The translations under genes were made by a program, and so were the position numbers. The notes under the pieces were generated by a model. The model was not told the origin of the DNA. It did no database searches and was given only the letters and a program-made list of their open reading frames with translations. A DNA stretch of 58,647 nt from Octopus sinensis (taxonomy: Eukaryota), in assembly GCF_006345805.1 (NCBI RefSeq), contig NW_021834186.1, positions 1-58,647 on the forward strand, in the 5' to 3' direction. Numbering within the stretch: position 1 is the first letter of the stretch; each line of letters opens with the position of its first letter. Shown here piece after piece: positions 25,723 to 39,619 of the stretch.

Positions 25723-28490
25723 CACCATCGCCACCCTCAATACAACCACAACCACCAACGCCACCATCAGCACAAACACCACTGCCGCCACCATCGTCAC
25801 CACCATCACAACCACACACCATATCCCCATCATCATCTACTCCCCACCACCACCACTACCGCCATACCTATTTTTTTACTACCTACAAGGGGCTAAACAC
25901 AGAGCGGACAAACAAAGACAGACAAACGGATGTAGTCGATTATATCGACCCCAGTGGGTAACTGGTACTTAATTCATCGACCCCAAAAGGATGAAAGGCA
26001 AAATCGACCTCGGCGAAATTTGAACTCAGAACGTAATGGCAGACGAAATACGGCTACGCATTTCGCCCGGCGTGCTAACGTTTCAGCCAGCTCGCCGCCA
26101 TACCGTCGCCACAACTGCCACTGCAGCTACCATCAGCCCCGCCATAATCATACTACTACCATCACAACCTTCACCACTGCTACAGCTACTAAAAACAGCC
26201 AGCATAGCCAACATTACCACCACCACCACCACCACCGTCACCGAGCCGCCGTGCCACCACCACCACTAATAATACAACCACCACAACCACCACCACTACC
26301 ATTATTACTAGCACTAACACTACCACTGCCACCACAATCCCGACCACCATCACCATCACCACAACAACCACCATCAACACTGCTACTACTACCATCACTC
26401 TTAGCGTCACGATTACCTACTACACCATCACCACAACCACCACCACTACCACCACCACTAAGTTACTCACAACTATTGTTATAAGTACAACTACTACCAT
26501 CACCACAGCTAACTCTACTAGCACCACTTGGTGTACAACTACTACCAATACTATAGCCACCACAAGTGTTAGCTTTACTACCACCATCACAACCACAGTC
26601 ACCACCAATACTTTTACCGACATCAGTAACTTTACAACATTCTCTCACCATCGCCACCCTCAATACAACCACAGCCACCAACGCCACCATCAGCACAAAC
26701 ACCACTGCCGCCACCATCGTCACCGCCATCACAACCACATCCCACCATCTCCATCATCATCTACTCCCCACCACCACCACTACCACCCTACCTATTTTTT
26801 TACAACCTACAAGGGGACACAGAGCGGACAAACAAAGACAGACAAACGGATGTAGTCGATTATATCGACACCAGTGGGTAAATGGTACTTAATTTATCGA
26901 CCCCAAAAGGATGAAAGGCAAAGTCGACCTCGGCGAAATTTGAACTCAGAACGTAACGGCAGACGAAATACGGCTACGCATTTCGCCCGGCGTGCTAACG
27001 TTTCAGCCAGCTCGCCGCCATACCGTCGCCACAACTGCCACTGCAGCTACCATCAGACCCGCCATAATCACACTACCACCATCACGACCTTCACCACTGC
27101 TACAGCTACTAAAAAAAGCCAGCATAGCCAACATTACCACCACCACCACCACCACCGTCACCGAGCCGCCGTGCCACCACCACCACTAATAATACAACCA
27201 CCACAACCACCACCACTACCATTATTACTAGCACTAACACTACCACTGCCACCACAATCCCGACCACCATCACCATCACCACAACAACCACCATCAACAC
27301 TGCTACTACTACCATCACTCTTAGCGTCACGATTACCTACTACACCATCACCACAACCACCACCACCACCACCACTACCACCACCACTAAGTTACTCACA
27401 ACTATTGTTATAAGTACAACTACTACCATCACCACAGCTAACTCTACTAGCACCACTTGGTGTACAACTACTACCAATACTATAGCCACCACAAGTGTTA
27501 GCTTTACTACCACCATCACAACCACAGTCACCACCAATACTTTTACCGACATCATAACTTTACAACATTCTCTCACCATCGCCACCCTCAATACAACCAC
27601 AGCCACCAACGCCACCATCAGCACAAACACCACTGCCGCCACCATCGTCACCGCCATCACAACCACATCCCACCATCTCCATCATCATCTACTCCCCACC
27701 ACCACCACTACCACCCTACCTATTTTTTTACAACCTACAAGGGGACACAGAGCGGACAAACAAAGACAGACAAACGGATGTAGTCGATTATATCGACACC
27801 AGTGGGTAAATGGTACTTAATTTATCGACCCCAAAAGGATGAAAGGCAAAGTCGACCTCGGCGAAATTTGAACTCAGAACGTAACGGCAGACGAAATACG
27901 GCTACGCATTTCGCCCGGCGTGCTAACGTTTCAGCCAGCTCGCCGCCATACCGTCGCCACAACTGCCACTGCAGCTACCATCAGACCCGCCATAATCACA
28001 CTACCACCATCACGACCTTCACCACTGCTACAGCTACTAAAAACAGCCAGCATAGCCAACATTACCACCACCACCACCACCACCGTCACCGAGCCGCCGT
28101 GCCACCACCACCACTAACAATACAACCACCACAACTACCATTATTACTAGCACCAACACTACCACTACCACCACAATCCCCACCACCATCACCATCACCA
28201 CAACAACCAACATCAGCACTGCTACTACTACCATCACTCTTAGCGTCACGATTATCTACAACACCATCACCACAACCACCACCACTACCACCACCACCAC
28301 CACTAAGTTACTCACGACTATTGTTATAAGTAGAACTACCACCATCACCACAGCTAACTTTACTAGCACCACTTGGTGTACAACTACTACCAATACTATA
28401 GCCACCACAAGTGTTAGCTTTACTACCACCATCACTACCACAGTCACCACCAAAACTTTTACCGACATCAGTAACTTTACAACATTCTCT
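25723..28490 (+). repeat. ~925-bp tandem triplication, each copy with a minus-strand SINE B (25869-26097, 26793-27017, 27721-27945)
   Basis: Copies 25723-26645, 26646-27573, 27574-28490; junction acaacattctct|caccatcgcc occurs twice. Confidence 0.93.
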
Positions 28491-29382
28491 GACACTACAC
28501 CCACCCTCATCCCACCCCCACAATCCCACGACACAACAACTACCCTCACCACAACCCTCAGACCTATACACACACATACCCACACCACCTCGCTCCACAA
28601 ATACAAATATAAACAGAAGCAACACACAGTCACGGATATATACAGACAGACACGCCCTCCATCTTCACCACCATGGCCACAATATATTCACTAAACCTCA
28701 ATCAAACGATCCACCACTCTCGCCCACCACCGACTAATCTACACCCCCTCCCCTCTTGCAAGCATCATCGATTTCAATCTACATTGCAGCGACATCAGTG
28801 AGACATTCCAACAGTTGTTACTTTGCTGCAGCATCAACAGGCATCAAAGCGTCTCGTAGCCCCGACCCCATATAATTGGTGAGGGATGAGTGGAGCCCAC
28901 GTCCTTTGTGTATCTCTTCCTGTTTTCCTAATGTTCCTTCATCATCTTCATACTGTGACACCTTTTACAATTAACAATAATAAAATCTACAATTAACAAC
29001 AAAGAGATTTATTATTATTAACTGATATATCAACTGATACTTGTTCTATCGATCCCGAAAGAATGAAGTGCGTGTATGTATATACAGATACAATACCAAT
29101 ATTCACAGAACTTTTTAATAATTCCTTCTGGAAAATATCTTTAACATTTTCTTGAAAATATATATATATGTTGTAATGTTTTGTGCCCAATATTTTAATG
29201 AACTTGTTAAACTTTTCTATGTTCTTAACATGTTCTTTTTACCTAAGAATGTATATATGTATTGTAGCATTTTGTGACAACCAATAATTAATAAAACCAA
29301 ACTGTTACATGTTACTTTTGACAATCTTTTTCTAAAAGGTAAAGTAAATAAACATCTTTTAAAATTGCATTTTCAAACCTTC

Positions 29383-29456
<74 letters not shown>

Positions 29457-29920
29457 AAGCAATATATTACTGATTATGGCATAAGACTAACCTGAAAGTC
29501 TGAATGCGATTAGACAAGACTGACAATCCGTCAGGCATGCTGGTGGGAAGAGCATGACCTCTTTAGCACTGGAGGTACACAGACTCTATCGGTTCGATGA
29601 TGGCAGAAGAATAGAACGAAATTTGGTGTAAAATACTATTGGGCAGAAAGGAAACGTTATTTCCCATGGATTGGTGTTTGCCAGTTGTGAATTGTGTAAG
29701 CTGTACTTGTATCGTTCTCCAGTTATAAAACGGATATGACCACGTTACTAATACAAACTTGTGCTCTTGAGTGCAACGTCCGATTAACTCACTTTATCGA
29801 GTTCAGAAAAGTGCCGGATCATATGAATTTTTAATGATTCCCTTTAGCACAAAGTATATAATGACATTAAACCGATCGAATGATTCAAATCTACCATCCA
29901 CTGTATTATTATTACTATTA

Positions 29921-30478
29921 TTGAGTGAGAGAGCAGTTCATGCCATCAAAGTGACACTGGGGTAAAATATACGAAGCCCAATATACCCATCATGACTACC
30001 CGTCTGATAAGGGTACACCAGGCACATGCATCACAACCAAATGTGCGCGACATGGTGATCTCATATCAAGATAAACAGCACATGACCTTGCGGGTGGGGC
30101 CCAGTTAGAATTTTCTTCCGGTCGAGTAGCTCATTCCGCTCAAAAGGTCCCTGAATAAGGGTTGTTTAAGGATGTTGAAAGAACCACCCATGTTTCCAGA
30201 GGTGAATTATTCAAACCCCAAAGAATCCCTCTTAACACATGGCTATGATGTTCCCCCACTACTTCTGCTCGTGATCAGAGATGCACATATCGTCAGCCAC
30301 TAAGGGACATGCTCAACTGGTTAAGGTCAAACAACTGACAAGCAAATCTGTGGTATTGAGCAGAATATTTGCCGTAGCCCATCTTTTATACCAAGACAAA
30401 ATAATGTACATGATAACACTTCCAATCAGTTAAGATCAGAAGCCATGAGTGCCACTGCCTGGTACTGCATCAGGGCAT
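29921..30478 (+). mobile_element. Unclassified ~555-bp element E
   Basis: ttgagtgagagagcag...catcagggcat; reverse-complement copies at 34187-34736 and 37527-38082; (ATT)n on both sides. Confidence 0.8.
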
Positions 30479-30479
30479 T

Positions 30480-30559
30480 ATTATTATTGTTGTTGTTGTT
30501 GTTGTTGTTGCTGTTGTTGTTGCTGTTGTTGTTGCTGCTGTTGTTGCTGCTGTTGTTGC

Positions 30560-30600
<41 letters not shown>

Positions 30601-30671
30601 CTGCTGCTGCTGCTGTTGTTCTTGTTGTTGCTGCTGCTGCTGTTGTTGCTGTTGTTATTGTTGTTGTTGTT

Positions 30672-30702
<31 letters not shown>

Positions 30703-30811
30703 TTGTTGTTGCTGCTGTTGTTGCTGCTGGTGCTGTTGTTGTTGTTGCAGTGGGCTGCTGCTGCTGCTGCTGTTGTTGATGTTGTTATTGTTGTTGTTGT
30801 CGTTGTTGTTG

Positions 30812-30869
<58 letters not shown>

Positions 30870-30878
30870 TATTATTAT
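30480..30878. repeat. (TTG/CTG)n-(TTA)n compound microsatellite
   Basis: Directly visible; poly-L/Q/N ORFs. Confidence 0.97.
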
Positions 30879-31019
30879 TAGCTAGAAGAATCGTTAGCAC
30901 GCCTAGCAAAATGGTTAGCAATGCTTCTGGCTCTTTGCGTTCTAAGTTCGAATTCCGTCGAGATCGACTTAGCCTTTCATTCTTTCGGGATCGATAGAAC
31001 AAGTATCAGTTGATATACT

Positions 31020-31866
31020 ATTTAATAATAATAAATCTCTTTGTTGTTAATAGTAGATTTCATTATTGTTAATTGTAAAAGGTGTCACAGTATGAAGATG
31101 ATGAAGGGACATTAGGAAAACAGAAAGAGATACACAAAGGACGTGGGCTCCACTCATCCCTCACCAATTATATGGGGTCGGGGCTACGAGTTGCTTTTAT
31201 GCCTGTTGATGCAGCAAAGTAACAACTGTTGGAATGTCTCACTGATGTCGCTGCAATGTAGATTGAAATCGATGATGCTTGCAAGAGGGGAGGGGGTGTA
31301 GATTAGTCGGTGGTGGGCGAGGGTGGTGGATCATTTGATCGAGGTTCAGTGAAGATATTGTGGCGATGGAGGTGAAGATAGAGGGCGTGTCTGTCTGTAT
31401 ATATCTGTGACTGTGTGTTGCTTCTGTTTATAGTTGTATTTATGGAACGAGGTGGTGGTGTGGGTATGTGCGTGTATAGGGCTGAGGATGGTGTTGGTGG
31501 TGGTTTTCGCGTCGGGGGATTGTGGGAGTGGGGTGGGAGTAGGTATAGTGCCAGGGATTGTTGTAAAGTTTTCGATGTTGGAAACGGTATTGGTGGTGGT
31601 TGTGGTAGTGATTGATAGTGGTAGTAAAGCTAAAATTTGTGATGGCTATAGTGTTGGTAGTAGTTGTACACCATGTGGTACTTGTAGAGTTAGCTGTGGT
31701 GATGGTGGTAGTTGTACTTATAACAATAGTTGCGAGTAACTTAGTGGTAGTGGCAGTGGTAGTGTTGGTGCTAGTAATGATTGTAGTGGTAAGGATTGTA
31801 GTGGTTGTGCTGTTAGTGGTGGTGGTGGTGGTGGCGGCGCCTCGGTGGCGGCGGCAGTAGTGGTGG
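31020..31866 (-). repeat. Inverted copy of motif core plus ACC-rich block
   Basis: Reverse complement of ~32940-33750 and of the blocks in units 1-3. Confidence 0.9.
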
Positions 31867-31939
31867 ATGTGTGTATAGGTACAGACAGATAGACAGCCTG
31901 ATGTTTAATACCTGCGTTTAACTCCAATGTGTGTGTGCG

Positions 31940-31970
<31 letters not shown>

Positions 31971-32069
31971 GCAAATATATTTATGTACATCTCTCTCCCT
32001 CCCTCTCTCTTTATATATGTGTGTGTGAGTGTGTATGTATGTTTATGTATCTATTTTTCTGTTTGTCCG

Positions 32070-32103
<34 letters not shown>

Positions 32104-33943
32104 AATCTATCTCTCTGTCTGTCTGTCAGTCTGTCTGCCTGCCTATCTGCCTGTCTGCCTGTCTGTCTACATATATGTATGCATGTATGTGTGTGTGTAT
32201 GTGTGCGTGTGTTATATGTATATAGATGGAGTTAAACGCAGGTGGTAAATCTTTTTACTTCCGACATATGTTTCAAAGAAAACACTGGTATTATTCCAGA
32301 CGAAATAAAATTGTGTAAAACAATGCAATCTTCTCATCAGCGAAAGAAAGAAAGAGGTATTGTTTTTAGTTGTATTTGTTTGTTTGTTTGCCCATGGACA
32401 AGATATATCAAGAACCGCTGGATGGATTCGAATGAAACTTTCAGGAATGTTTGGTCTTGCGATTAGATATGGGGATTGATCCGGTACCGGACAAGGATTA
32501 TGGATTATTTGTTATATTTACTTTACATGAAGTATTACGGTCTTACGCTAACTTTCAGGTCTTTCTCTGATTATCTCCTTTGAAAGCACGCTCATGATTT
32601 CCACGTAAGTTATGGCGGCGTTGCTGTTTCCAAAGTTTCATTTCCGTTTCTTTATTATTAATTTTACTCGCATCTCTATCTTAGTAGAAACTGTTGGATA
32701 AAGAAATCAAACTGCAAAAACAACCGGCAGCAAAACCATTCAGAAATTAAATAATACTTACATATTCAGTAACAATAATGAATTTAATTTATCCTTGACA
32801 ATATTTAGTTTTTACTAATTTTGAATATATCGCTCCAGTTTAAAACCTCTTGCCTACTTGACAATTGCATAATCACACTACCACCATCACGACCTTCACC
32901 ACTGCTACAGCAACTAAAACAGCCATCGTAGCCAACATTACCACCACCACCACCGCCACCGAGCCACCGTCGCTACCACCACCACTAACAACACAACCAC
33001 TACAACCACCACCACTACCATCATTACTAGCACCAACATTACCACTGCCACCACCACTAAGTTACTCACAAATATTGTTATATGTACAACTACCACCATC
33101 ACCACAGCAAACTCTACTTGCACCACATGGTGTACAACTACTACCAACACTATAGCCATCACAAGTGTTAGCTTTACTATCATACACAACCACCACCAAT
33201 ACCGTTTCCAACATCGAAAACTTTACAACAATCTCTGACACTACACCCACCCTCACCCCACCCCCGCAATTCCCCGACACAACAATCACCACCAGCCTCA
33301 GCCCTATACACACACATACCCACACCACCTCGCTCCACAAATACAACTATAAACAGATGCAACATACAGTCACGGATATATACAGACAGACACACCCTCC
33401 ATCGCCACAATATCTTCACTGAACGTCGATCAAACGATTCACCACCCTCGCCCACCACCGACTAATCTACACTCCCTCCCCTCTTTCAAGCATCATCGAT
33501 TTCAATCTACATTGCAGCGACATCAGTGAGACATTCCAACAGTTGTTACTTTACTGCATCAACAGGCATCAAAGCGTCTCGCAGCCCCGACCCCCCTGTT
33601 TTGGTATTGTCGTTAATTGGTGAGGGATGAGTGGGGTCCACGTCCTTTGTGTATCTCTTCCTGTTTTCCTAATGTTCCTTCATCATCATCATACTGTGCC
33701 ACCTTTTACAATTAACAATAATGAAATCTACTATTAACAACAAAGAGATTTATTATTAACTGATATTATTATCAACTGTTTCATCGATGCCGAAGAATGA
33801 AAGGCTAAGTCGATCTCGACGGAATTTGAACTTAGAATGTAAAGAGCCAGAAGAATTGCTAACCATTTTGCTAGGCGTGCTAACGATTCTTCTAGCTAAT
33901 AATAATAATAGTAATAATAATAGTAATAATGATGATGATGATG

Positions 33944-34001
<58 letters not shown>

Positions 34002-34029
34002 TGATGATGATGATGATGTGATGATGATG

Positions 34030-34115
<86 letters not shown>

Positions 34116-34121
34116 GATGAA

Positions 34122-34166
<45 letters not shown>

Positions 34167-34186
34167 AATAATAATAATAATAATAA

Positions 34187-34734
34187 ATGCCCTGATGCAG
34201 TACCAGGCAGTGGCTCTCATGACTTCTGATCTTAACTGATTGGAAGTGTTATCATGTACATTGTTTTGTCTTGGTATAAAAGATGGGCTACAGCAAATAT
34301 TCTGCTCAATACCACAGATTTGCTTGTCAGTTGCTTGACCAGTTGACCAGTTGAGCATGTCGCTTAGTGGCTGACGATATGTGCATCTCTGATCACAAGC
34401 AGAAGTAGTGGGGGAGCATCATAGCCATGTGTTGAGAGGAATTCTTTGGGGTTTGGTTAATTCACCTTTGGAAGCATGGGTTCATCCTTAAACATCTCTT
34501 ATTCAGGGACATCTTCAGCGGGATAAGCTACTCAACCTGAAGAAATTTCTAACTGGGCCCTACCTGCAAGGTCATGTACTGTTTATCTTGTTATGAAATC
34601 ACCATGTCGCGCACACATGGTTGTGAGGCATGTGCCTGGTATATCCTTATCAGACGGGTAGTCATGATGGGTATACTGGGCTTCGTATATTCTACCCCAG
34701 TGTCCCTTTGATGGCATGCGTTGCTCTCTCATTC

Positions 34735-34736
<2 letters not shown>
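34187..34736 (-). mobile_element. Element E, copy 2
   Basis: Reverse complement of 29921-30478. Confidence 0.85.
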
Positions 34737-34788
<52 letters not shown>

Positions 34789-35136
34789 CCTTTCTACTGA
34801 AGCCAGAAGGGCTTGAAATTTTTTGGGGAAGGGGACTAGTCAATTGCATTGACCCCAGTTTTTCACTGGTACTTAAGTTACCGACTTCGAAAAGATGAAA
34901 GGTAAAGTCGACCACAGAATGATGAAGTGCCATCTGAGGCGCTCTTTTAATTTAAGAATTTAAATGAAAAACGGCATGGCAGATGCATTTCTAGCTGGAT
35001 ACGACGCCTGTCTAATGCCTTGCAGAGAGCAATCTCAAATCATTCTTAGTGTGATCGATTGCTTTATATAATAAGCCTAGGAGAATGAAGTGTATTGACC
35101 ACATTAGACAGTAGAAAAGTGTGGGAGTGTGTGTTA

Positions 35137-35176
<40 letters not shown>

Positions 35177-35275
35177 CTGTGTGTGTGTGTGTGCTTGAGG
35201 ATGTGTGTATAGGTACAGGCAGATAGACAACTTGATGTTAAATACCTGCGTTTAACTCCAATGTGTGTGTGCGTA

Positions 35276-36302
35276 TCTCTATATACATAAAACTGAGAAC
35301 GTGTGTCTATCTGTCTGTCTGTCTATGTTTTTCCCTAAAACTTGAGAACTACACAACCAATTTCATTCAAATTTTACACATGCCTTACTTAGGGTCCATG
35401 TAGTTTCATGGGCAAAAAAATGTTCAACTTCTCTCCTAGAGCGAGCCCATAGCAATATCATATCTTCTCCACTATTTCAGTATTATGTGTTAAAAGTGAA
35501 AAAAAGAATATTTCTCTATTTTTGTCAGATACTTTCACTTTAACAATAAAAATAATAATAACAATTGAATTATATGTAGTAAGTAATAATTAAAATCAAA
35601 CTAAAGTATAATATAATCGTAACATAACAAAAGTAAAAATAGCAATTGGTATAAAATTGCATCAATGACTTGAACTTGAATAAGTGGTTTCACATGAATG
35701 GGAATAAATTAAAAATAAAATTAGCGTGCAGAAATGGAATAGTCCAGATGGATAATAAAAAATTAAATTAAAGAAAAGACTATTGTCTATAAAGTATACA
35801 ATGTAGAGAAAAAAGATTTGAACACCTGGAGGAAAGCACCATCGAAAAGTGTCTTGGTGTGACAATGAAAGATATCTAACCAGAGGCGGTAAATTCGCCA
35901 CAATAGAAGCAAGGTTCGAGTCAACGGAGCATGCAAGGGAGTACTCGACTCGAACTTTCAAAGTGGAAATATTTAATTTTTACCTTTATATCTGGGACGT
36001 AGGACGTCCCGGATAAAATTTTAAAATGCACCCCCCCCCCCATAGCAGTAGAGGTAGGCTAGATTGTAGCCACACTTCTATACAAGAGGGGGGACAAGAT
36101 ATAATTGATCGAAATTACAAGAGACGGGCTTACAATTCCAGTCTGTTATATATTTTGAGTATTGTTATCACTAGCGATATCAAGATATAACTTTGTATTT
36201 TGTATTTTATGTGTAGATGTATATATATAGATGTACACATATATATACACATATATACATGCACTAGCACTATGACCCGGCAACGACGGGTCATAATGCT
36301 AG
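35276..36302 (+). mobile_element. Non-autonomous Helitron (1027 bp)
   Basis: 5' TC (tctctatatacataaaactgag); 3' hairpin tatgacccg/cgggtcata (36271-36295) then CTAG (36299-36302); inserted between A and T without TSD; empty paralogous site at 31941/31942. Confidence 0.92.
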
Positions 36303-36454
36303 TATATATATATATATATATATATACACATGCAAATATATATATATGTACATCTCTCTCCCTCCATCTCTCTTTATATATGTGTGTGTGTGAGTGTGTA
36401 TGTATGTTTATGTATCTATCTTTCTGTTTGTCCGTCTATCTATCTATCTATCTA

Positions 36455-36505
<51 letters not shown>

Positions 36506-36508
36506 GTA

Positions 36509-36567
<59 letters not shown>

Positions 36568-37462
36568 GTCTGTCTGTCTGTCTGTCAGTCTATCTGCCTG
36601 ACTGTCTGTCTATCTGTCTACATATATGTGTGTGTTATATATATATAGATGGAGTTAAACGCAGGTGTTAAATATTTTTACTTCCGACATATGTTTCGAA
36701 GAAAACATTGGTATTATTTCAGAAGAAATAAAATGATGCAAAACAATGCAATCTTCTCATTAGGGAAAAAAAGAAACCAAAGACATCAATAAGACATTTT
36801 TCTAGTGGAGAGATATAGAGCGATAGGTGAATAAAAATAAAACTTAAAGGCTTGGAAGTCGATAATGTAAGTGAAATATAAGAGAAGCAACACAGTCACG
36901 GATATATACAGACAGACACGCTCTCCATCTTCACCTCCATCGCCACAATATCTTCACTGAACCTCGATCAAACGATCCACCACCCTCACCCACCACCGAC
37001 TAATCTACAACCTCTCCTCTCCTCTATCAAGCATCATCGATTTCAATCTACATTGCAGCGACATCAGTGAGACATTCCAACAGTTGTTACTTTACTGCAT
37101 CAACAGGCATCAAAGCGTCTCGTAGCCCCGACCCCATATAATTGGTGAGGGATGAGTGGAGCCCACGTCCTTTGTGTATCTCTTCCTGTTTTCCTAATGT
37201 CCCTTCATCATCATCATACTGTGACACATTTTACAATTAACAATAATGAAATCTACTATTAACAACAAAGAGATTTATTATTAACTGATATTATTATCAA
37301 CTGTTTCATCGATCCCAAAGAATGAAAGGCTAAGTCGATCTCGACGGAATTTAAACTTAGAATGTAAAGAGCCAGAAGAATTGCTAACCATTTTGCTAGG
37401 CGTGCTAACGATTCTTCTAGCTAATAATAATAATAGTAATAATAATAATAATAATGATGATG

Positions 37463-37526
<64 letters not shown>

Positions 37527-37528
<2 letters not shown>

Positions 37529-38080
37529 GCCCTGATGCAGTACCAGGCAGTGGCTCTCATGACTTCTGATCTTAACTGATTGGAAGTGTTATCATGTACA
37601 TTGTTTTGTCTTGTATAAAAGATGGGCTACAGCAAATATTCTGCTCAAAACCACAGATTTGCTTGTCAGTTGCTTGACCTTAACTAGTTGACCATGTCAC
37701 TTAGTGGCTGACAATATGTGCATCTCTGATCAAGAGCAGAAGTAGTGGCGGAACATCATAGCCATGTGTTGAGAGGGATTCTTTGGAGTTTGGATTATTC
37801 ACTTTTGAAGCATGGGTGTTTTGTTCAACTTCCTTAAACAACCCTTATTCAGGGACATCTTGAGCGGGATGGGCTACTCAACCTGAAGAAAATTCTAACT
37901 GGGCCCCACCTGCAAAGTCATGTGCTGTTTATCTTGATATGAGATCACCATGTCGTGCACATATGGTTGTGATGCACCTGCCTGCTGTACCCTTATCAGA
38001 CGAGTAGTCATGATGAGTATACTGGGCTTCATATATTTTACCCCAGTGTCACTTTGATGGCATGCACTTCTCTCTCATTC

Positions 38081-38082
<2 letters not shown>
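37527..38082 (-). mobile_element. Element E, copy 3
   Basis: Reverse complement of 29921-30478. Confidence 0.85.
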
Positions 38083-38137
<55 letters not shown>

Positions 38138-38367
38138 CCTTTCTACTGAAGTCAGAAGGCCTTGAAATTTTGTGTGGAAGGGGACTAGTCGATTCCATTG
38201 ACCCCAGTTTTTCACTGGTACTTAAGTTATCGACCCTGAAAGGAAGAAAGGCAAAGTCGACCTCGGCGGAATTTGAACTCGAGACGTAGCGATGAGCGAA
38301 ATGCCACTAAGCATTTCATCCGGCACGCTAATTTTGCCGGCTTATCGCCTTAATAATAATAATAATA

Positions 38368-38409
<42 letters not shown>

Positions 38410-38590
38410 TAATAATAATAATCCTTTCTACTGAAGGCACGAGTCCTTGAAATATGGTGGGAGGTGGGACAAGTCGATTGCATCGACTCCAGTGTTTCAC
38501 TGGTACTTAATTTATCCACCCGGAAAGGATTACAGGTAATGTCGACCACAGTGGAATTTGAACTTAGAACGTAAAGAATGACGAAGTGCC
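38138..38590 (-). mobile_element. Two SINE family B copies separated by (AAT)n
   Basis: ctttctactgaag...ggcaaagtcgacctcggcggaatttgaactc occurs twice. Confidence 0.85.
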
Positions 38591-39054
38591 ATCTGAGGCG
38601 CTCTTTTAATTTAAGAATTTAAGTAAAAAACGGCATGACAGATGCATTTCCAGCTGGATATGACGCCTGTCTAACGCCTTGCAGAGAACAATCTCAAATT
38701 ATTCTTAGCGTGATCGATTGCTTTATATAATAAGCCTAGGAGAATGAAGGGTATTGACCACGTTAGACAGTAGAAAAGAATGGGATCGATCCGATACCGG
38801 ACAAGAATTCTGGATTATTTGTTATATTTACATGAAGTATTACGGTCTTACGTTAACTTTCAGTTCTTTCTCTGATTATTTCCTTTGAAAGCACGTTCAT
38901 GATTTCCACGTAAGTTATGGCGGCGTTGCTGTTTCCAAAGTTTTATTTTCGTTTCTTTATTATTAATTTTACTCGCGTCTCTATCTTAGTAGATAGAAAC
39001 TGTTGGATAAAGAAATCCAGCAAAACCATTCAGAAATTAAATAATACTTACATA

Positions 39055-39271
39055 CTCTACTCTTTACTCTTTTACTTGTTTCAGTCGTTTGACTGCGGCC
39101 ATGCTGGAGCACCGCCTTTAGTCGAGCAAATCGACCCCGAGACTTATTCTTTGTAAGCCCAGTACTTATTCTATCGGTCTCTTTTGCCGAACCGCTAAGT
39201 GACAGGGACGTAAACACACCAGCATCGGTTGTCAAGCAATGCTAGGGGCACAAACACAGACACACAAACAC

Positions 39272-39338
<67 letters not shown>

Positions 39339-39493
39339 TACGACAGGCTTCTTTCAGTTTCCGTCTACCAAATCCACTCTCAAGGCATTGGTCGGCCCGG
39401 GGCTATAGCAGAAGACACTTGCCCAAGATGCCACGCAGTGGGACTGAACCCGGAACCATGTGGCTGGTTAGCAAGCTACTTACCACACAGCCA
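39055..39493 (-). mobile_element. SINE family A, near full length
   Basis: Reverse complement of 40549-41003; interrupts the cargo segment that is uninterrupted at 21050 and 32760. Confidence 0.93.
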
Positions 39494-39619
39494 TATTCAG
39501 TAACAATAATGAATTTAATCTATCCTTGACAATTTTTAGTTTTACTAATTTTGAATACATAGCTCCTGTTTAAAACCTCTTACCTACTTGGCAATTGCAT
39601 TTCTAGCTCTGCCTTGAAG

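Larger units (their letters stand above)
18372..29903 (+). repeat. Head-to-tail array of three composite units (18372-21420, 21421-25620, 25621-29903)
   Basis: Same order of ACC-rich block, motif core, AT-rich spacer and unknown ~430-bp segment in all three; HINE-like/Gypsy piece in units 1 and 2; shared junction cccacc|atcataagcc at 21421 and 25621. Confidence 0.93.
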
